From Octopus vulgaris (lineage: Eukaryota), in contig OX597820.1 of NCBI GenBank assembly GCA_951406725.2, positions 65,038,001 to 65,102,000 of the forward strand: a stretch of DNA of 64,000 nucleotides. The letters are read 5' to 3'. Below, piece by piece: positions 56,497-64,000 of this stretch. A model generated the notes under the pieces. The model worked only from the letters and a program-made list of their open reading frames with translations. It ran no database searches and was not told the origin of the DNA. Numbering within the stretch: position 1 is the stretch's first letter; each line of letters begins with the position of its first letter. Both the position numbers and the translations under genes were made by a program.

Positions 56497-57021
56497 TATG
56501 TCAGGTCACTTTCGAGTGCTACTGGTAACATGTAACCCAGTACAACCTGTTACATGGTCGGGTCGTCGGCGACTAAACCGGGAACCCCACCAAGCTTGCT
56601 TGGTGAGGAGGGTGTTTATTGGACACCCTGCAGGATGAAAAGCAAAGCCCGTCAAAGGGCGGAGGAACTCTCGAGAGTCAACGGCCATCCAATAAATGTC
56701 TTAAGGCTGTATCATGCGCGGGGACATAGAAATAATCGGACTGAATACCCGATCGCGCGGTTAAGCCATTGGGAGTGAAGGACTCCTAGCCTTTGTTAGG
56801 GCATCCTTCTAGGAGAAGGTAACTCAGGTAACTGGAATAACTCCGACATAAAACTTGCGGTTCAGTGGTTACCGATGATGTTGACATTTTCTTCTTTTCG
56901 GATTATGGCTGCTGTTGCTTAGTGAGTGGGATTGACTCAGTTCACAGCCTGTCCTCATGATAACAACATTGATTAAGCTTCGCGCAACGGCCATACTCGA
57001 TAAAGAGGGGGCAGCCACCAT
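56497..57021 (+). mobile_element. Non-autonomous RTE-related element, copy 2
   Basis: Paralog of 3839-4400, flanked on both sides by (TATG)n. Confidence 0.65.
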
Positions 57022-58296
57022 GTATGTATGCATGGATGGATGTTGCATGTATGTATGTAGGTATGTTGCATATATATTCATATAGACGTAGATATACTTA
57101 CATAAACTAGGTATCCACCGACTTACTTATTCATGCATATGTGAACATAAGTAATATTCTTTTCTACTCAAGGCACAAGGCCCGAAATTTGGGGGTAGGG
57201 GCCAGCTGGTTACATAGATCCCAGTACGCAACAGGTACTTAATTTATCGACCCCGAAACAATGAAATGCAAAGTCGACCTCAGCGGACTTTGAACTCAGA
57301 ATGTAAAGACAGACGAAATACTTATTTTTTTACTATCCACAAGGGGCTAAACACAGAAGAGACAAACAAGGACGGACAAACGGATTAAGTCGATTACATC
57401 GACCCCAGTGCGTGATTGGTACTTAATTTATCGACCTCGAAAGGATGAAAGGCAAAGTCGACCTCGGCGGAATTTGAACTCAGAATGCGTAAAGGCAGAC
57501 GAAATACCGCTAAGCATTTCGCCCGGCGTGCTAACGTTTCTGCCAGCTTGCTGCCTTGCACATAAGCAGTATTGCATATAAACTGAACAAAATTTTGTTC
57601 AACTGCTATGCATATATTCATACACATACCACTACAATAAAACTAACAAATATATTTACAGACTTAACGATGATCCAAAGAGATGCCCCGGTACATAAAT
57701 GAATACACGTAACCACGCACGAATATGTTATATGCAGAAAAGAACACACTCATAAATGTACAAATGCGTTAAACAGAGACACACACCGAATATACCTCCA
57801 TACACACACAAGCAGATTCATACGTTCATTTATACATCTGTATAAAAACATACCAACACACACACTAACAGACGCATCACTTACAATTAACCATGAAGTT
57901 GTTCAGTAATCATACTGACAACGATGTCTGTAGTTTGTAGATACGAAAAGTAGATAAAATTATCCGGCGAGAATCTATTCAATGCCTTTCAAAAGTTTAT
58001 CTATCGCAGACTGACTCGCTGAATGTTACATATTCAAAACTATGCAAAGGGTATCTTTAAGTTTAAATTGCTGCCCACGGATTAAACGAAGTGCTAACGA
58101 TAATCAGCATTTCGAATTATGAGTGTACTGGAGAAAATTACTTCGATTGCCCGAATACTCGTAGCAACATCTGACTGGCCTATACTGTCGAATGTTCGAG
58201 TATATATAGCGCTCTAGTGAAAGGGGTCGAGTGAGCTTTAAATATGTGTGTGTGCACACGCGTGGTCCCTCTTTCTTTCGTTTGTCCACTCACTCG

Positions 58297-58376
<80 letters not shown>

Positions 58377-58465
58377 TGTTGTGTGTGTGTGTATATATAT
58401 GTATATACATATATATGGATACATCTATATATATGTGTGTATATATATATATATATACTACATAT

Positions 58466-58873
58466 ACTCTTTTACTCTTTTACTTGTTTCTGTCATTTGA
58501 CTGCGGCCATGCTGGAGCACCGCCTTTAGTCGAGCAAATCGACCCCGGGACTTATTCTTTGTAAGCCCAGTACTTATTCTATCGGTCTCTTTTGCCGAAC
58601 CGCTAAGTGAATGGGACGTAAACACACCAGCATCTGTTGTCAAGAATTGCTAGAGGGAGAAACACAGACACACAAACATATACACACACACTTATATATA
58701 TATACATATTTACGACAGGCTTCTTTCAGTTTCCGTCTACCAAATCCACTCACAAGGCATTGGTCGGCCCGGGGCTATAGCAGAAGACACTTGCCCAAGA
58801 TGCCACGCAGTGGGACTGAACCGGGAACCATGTGGTTGGTTAGCAAGCTACTTACCACACAGCCACTCCTGCG

Positions 58874-58876
<3 letters not shown>
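58466..58876 (-). mobile_element. SINE family A, best-preserved copy
   Basis: Minus strand: aggcgcaggagtggctgtgtggtaag (A box), ggttcagtccc (B box), CORE-like cttgggcaagtg, internal microsatellite and (agtaaaag)n tail. It likely belongs to the octopus OK/OR1/OR2 set; the exact name is not assigned. Confidence 0.9.
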
Positions 58877-58952
<76 letters not shown>

Positions 58953-59048
58953 GTTGTTTTAGAAAAACGTATGATATAACAGAAAACAACTTTATTATTG
59001 AAAAAGACATGTGCATATAAACTGGATTATCTTATTTATAATATGATG

Positions 59049-60075
59049 TTATTCAATGTAGCTTCCTTCACCACCTCTAACTGATTCTATGCGAGATCTA
59101 ATTCGTCTGCAAGCCTGAATCTAGTGGCCCTGATTCATATCGAACATTACTATGTTCATGGCGCTTTTCAGAGTATTCTTGGCGTTATGGCGATATTATT
59201 TGATCTCTCTTTCAACAACCCTCCACACATAGCAGTGCAACGGATTGAGATTTGGTGAGTTTAGAGGCCAAATGTTAGGAACTATATGGTCATGAAAATT
59301 GTCACACATCCATTCTTGTATTGAGCATTCTGTGATGTGGCAGAGCCGTGCTGAAACACGTACCAGTCTTCCATTGCGTACTACGTCTATTCAGGGCTTG
59401 ACAACTGCTTCCAAAATTTCAATGCAAACAGCAGAGCTAACTCTAAGGCCCTGTGGAAATAAGTGAGGAGGCATCATAGGTCCTTCATTACTGACAACTC
59501 CAAACGCAATAAAAATTTCAGGACATTTTGTGTGTCTGAGTCTGACTGTCGGAACTTCAAAATGTCCGAACCTAACGATCTGTAATTCTTACTGTTAATC
59601 TCCTATCCTTGATCAAAGTTTTTCTCATCCGAAGAAAACAAAATCATGTTTAATAATCTTAGAGATTTAATCAAATTATTTTCCTTTTGTCTTTTCTGAC
59701 ATCAACTGACCTCCCGTCATCACGTTAGACTTGCCCTTTATATCGTCGTGGAAACCATTTTCTAATTGTCCCTTCTGACACATGGAGATCTTTTGCAATT
59801 GACTTCATGGATTTTCTGGGATTTCAGACAATGATCTGCTGATATTATTGAATAAATTCAGGTGTTCTTGTGGTATTTGGGCGTTGGGATAGTGGTGGTA
59901 CCTTTCGATACTGGTGATACCTTTTCATCTGAGGCTTCTAACCCCTTGCGAATATTGTAGTCGACAGATCTGGTGACTTTTAAAAACTGAGCTACCTCTA
60001 AACCGCTGTGTTCAGCCTATGAGCCACAATTGCAGTATGCTTCTTCGTTTCCTGGGTAAGCTGAGGGTTTGCCAT
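59049..60075 (-). mobile_element. maT/DD37D-like transposase pseudogene
   Basis: Minus-strand remnants FSSDEKNFDQ, WYVFQHGSA, IWPLNSPNLNPL.CYVW.VVE and EGSYIE*. TIRs not recognised. Confidence 0.75.
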
Positions 60076-60306
60076 TATTATTTTCTGGGACGTAAGTGAC
60101 ATAAAGTTAATTTAAAAACAGTAATAACTCAAGAATGTCATATGTATACATACACGAATACACACACACGCACACACACACACACATATACAAATATATA
60201 TATATACTTTCATATAAACATCTATATATATGTATATATATATGTGTGTGTATATATAAATATATATACGTATATATGTAAATATAAACGTGTGTTTGTA
60301 TGTGTG

Positions 60307-60344
<38 letters not shown>

Positions 60345-61037
60345 TGTACATTTATGTATGTATGTGCGTATGTTTGTTACTGAATTTCTCATGATGGATA
60401 CTTTTTCTGGTGAAAGTGCTCATAGCTTTCTCTAATTACTAGAAAACTCTTTGTAATTCATTAATTGCTAAACCAAAAATTTATCCGAAACTTTCTAAAA
60501 CGGTCAAGCATCCTCACTCTCATCAACTTCCTATTTAGAACGCTATTGTTCATATATGCTTGAAGCTCTCATTAGATATTTCTTCCCGAGTAATTCAATT
60601 CTTTTCAGTTCATATTGTTTGTTTATTTCTTTAAATGCTACCTGATGCATCTGGTCAACAATCTCCTGTTGAACAGTTTCTACCGGCTCCACAGTTTTGA
60701 TAGACATTACTCCCGACACAATTCATTGTTGCTGACCATATCTCACAAGAACACTGTCAAAATTGAAATAGCATTTATGATGTATATATAACCGAGACTA
60801 AAATTCATTAGAACATATTTCATTTAAAGTAAATATATGCTATGTCTTCCTGATTTCTTGGCCGGATGAAGATGGTTGTGTTTGTAGTCTTATATTGTTT
60901 CATTTGTCCACGTTAGTCAGGTGATATGAAACATTTTCAACGCTTTCAGCCAGACTAATTCTTTGGATTTGGTGTAAACACAAAGTGAGCCAATGAAACA
61001 ATCTGAGAGCATTATTCTAATGGTTCTCCCGACTACG

Positions 61038-61388
61038 CTGGTCACGAATGACCATGGGTGCACCTAAGAGGTTCCCCTCCGGGGTACAAGTCTGGGCGGA
61101 AAGTCGCCTCACTGGCGAACGCAAAACCTAGGGTTGTTTTTATGGAAGACAAACAGTCGCCCATGCATACCAGCCTCCCCTCTCCACACCACCGAGGTTA
61201 TCCAAGGGAAAGCAAAGGCCGATACAGCGTGTCACCGGTGAGGTCGCTAATACTACAGCTGAGTTAACTGGAGCAATGTGAAATAAAGTGTCTTGCTCAA
61301 GAACACAACACGCAACCCGGTCCGGGAATCGAACACACAATCTCACGATCGTAAGTGGGACGCTCTTACCACCGAGCTATGCGCCTTC
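61038..61388 (-). mobile_element. tRNA-derived SINE family D
   Basis: Minus strand: ggcgcatagctcggtggtaagagcg...gttcgattccc, then ttgagcaagacacttta. Confidence 0.75.
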
Positions 61389-63898
61389 ATTCTAATTTGC
61401 TGGCCATGTAACAGGAAGCTGTGTTGTAGAGTAGCCTTTAGTTAAGATTAATGCTTCAGAAATTTTAAATACTAGCAGTAGCGCTAGATGTCCTGAAGCA
61501 TTGCTTCAAAGTATGAGAGTCATACAATCTTTGGCATCCTTGAACCATATTGCTGCTTTGCCTTTAAAGATGTGTTTTGACGTTCGTTTGCAAAATAACC
61601 CTGTCCCATCTTCGTTAAAAATTACTGCAATGTATATCCTTCTTCATCAATATTTTTCTTTCAGTCTGAAAGGCATTACAGCTTCTTCATTGGAACTTGA
61701 CGACTCATTTATTATCTATGTCTTACAATTCTGACTGATTCTTGAGACGCTGAATCCAAAATGACTAGTCGGGATGTCCTTCATTTTTAGAACATTTTTC
61801 TTAATTTTATCAAAGGAGCATAGCACTGTTTGCTACATTGTATATATGTTCTCTATACATATATTCTCTGATAATTTTGTAGCAACTAAAGATAGAACTT
61901 CTGAAGATATATTTTTTTTTTACATGTCTGTGAATTATTCACACAAAAGTCTCTCACACACTGAGACGTTTATCGCCCATGTCTAAACTTTCATTATGCT
62001 TCTTATTTAGTTTCTACTTGTTACACTTTTCCCCAATTTTAGTTTCCTTTTTTTATGTGCAGTAGTGGTATCTAGAGCATGCTTATCGCCATTACAACAA
62101 AGGTAGATCAAGCAATAAATTTTATTGTACCTCTAGAGGGTGATTATGCAAATAATAAACATATGTGTCGCTTCTATTCGCTTAATATTCTTATTTTATA
62201 TTTGTCAACTGGTCAACTATTTAACCAATTAACAAATTGGTTGTTTGGTTAATCTTTCGGCCAATCAATCAACCGTCTCGGCTTGTCAGAGTCTTTTCGT
62301 CGCCATTCAAGATCCACCAGTAACATGCTCTCTCTACTACATGTCTGCTATAGGTCTTTCAAGTCAAAAGCTGTTAGGAACACTTCCTACCATCATTCAT
62401 TCAAACTGAAACAACAATAAAAACCGATTGATTTTAAATCTCGAAGGATTGTAAATTTTCTGTCATATTAAACGTTTTACTAAAATAAATCAATAACTCT
62501 ACCTCTATAAAAATGTCTACCAGTTTCAAACCTAGCTCGGCTACTTCGTTTCAATATTTACACTTATCCATTTCCAAATTTGCATATTTATTTTCCCAGA
62601 ATTCTTGCAATTTTCACTTAACGCTATGCCCCAAAGGCCTGTAGAATATGAACTTGCTTATTAGAAAACTGGAATAGAAATATATTCGGTCAGCATGTCG
62701 AAGAAAGTAGCGTTACTTATGAGAATATTAAATGGATTATTAAAGATGAAAGAAACGCTGCTTTAGAAATCTGTTTCCTGTATCAGTTATATACAGTTTC
62801 GTTCCTTTTGTTTTTTACAATGCTCTCCGTAGATTGATTCATATTTTAAGTATTGTTGTATCTTAAGGGCATTATATCGCCATGACGTAAACAAAAGAAA
62901 AAAACATTTTATCTTAAGTGAAAATCGTGAAAGAAAAGAGAGTGAATGCTTAGTAACTTTATTCATGATAATTCTTTTTCTAATTGTGTGTAGGTACATA
63001 TGTATGTGCGCATGTGTATACGCACAGAAACACAAAAATATTCTCTACGCACACAATTAGAAAACACGAATCATGATGTATTATATACTACTCATAAAAT
63101 AATTTCATCGATTGGATCTTCTGGATTTAAGTTACATATATACTCCAAAATACACTTCTTTGTTTCGGATTACTAAGTGGACTGTTAGCCGAGTCCGTTA
63201 GGAGGCTTTTTCAGCGTGATAGCTGTACGATTCTCTGCCTTCACATCTTATACAATTATATATATATATGGTGGTTTTCTACTCCTTATGCAGAGTCTAA
63301 CCACCTCCCGTACCAACATCTTAGATTCATCATGGCGTCTATGTGGCTTTTAAAAACAGACAATGTTTTTAAAAGACACCCACATAGATTGCATATCCGA
63401 TTTGGACCGCCAAGAGCTGCATTTTGATATCTTGAATATTATTATACACTAGCATTCAGTAATATTTTTAGCCTATATACGTTTCACAGAGATGTTAAAC
63501 CACCAACTACTAAATGTGTACGTGTGTGTGTCTGTGTGTGTAGATTTTCGTTGGTATATTATTTGAAAACATGTTTTTTTTTTGTTTTAACTCTGTACTA
63601 ATAACATGACTGTGTATAGGGTTTTCGTTATTATGATCTTATTTTCATATTTTCGAATAGGTTTCTTTATTGTTCGTATGGAACTGAAAAGTTAGCAAAC
63701 AATTCATTAATGTATCTGAATAAAACGATTTGAGTGTGCATTGCTCTCGCTTCATAATACACATGGCCAATGCAGTATAAAAAGATAATTTACAAACGTG
63801 GTGAAAGATTTGCAGAACTTTAATATTCCAAATATCCTACAAGGAATTAATTCAAAATTGTGAAAAGGGAAAGACGTTAGTAATTCTATATATGCGCA

Positions 63899-64000
<102 letters not shown>

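Noticed and set aside
60600-62050. Possible ancient transposase-like coding relic on the minus strand
   Set aside because: Only vague motif resemblance and no catalytic motif recognisable by eye.

Overview
AT-rich, microsatellite-saturated eukaryotic intronic or intergenic DNA. The tRNA-derived SINE repertoire points to an octopus genome (inference). I see no intact host protein-coding gene: nearly all listed ORFs are microsatellite or SINE artefacts, and there is one plausible 53-nt exon. The window contains four tRNA-derived SINE families, Tc1/mariner/maT elements and MITEs, a non-autonomous Helitron, RTE, CRE and BEL fossils, and Penelope-like (PLE) remnants. Three signals stand out. (1) Several unrelated type-I minimal hammerhead ribozyme motifs sit in fold-back inserts, mostly within (TA)n tracts. 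One is intact and present in both arms of a ~171-bp inverted repeat, and a two-copy family has a non-canonical CUGUGGA core. (2) A ~2-kb ORF1-only retroelement with a CCHC knuckle and a 16-bp TSD is inserted in a SINE tRNA head. (3) A two-copy RTE-derived non-coding element has a pseudoknot-like 5' end. All calls were made by eye without database searches.
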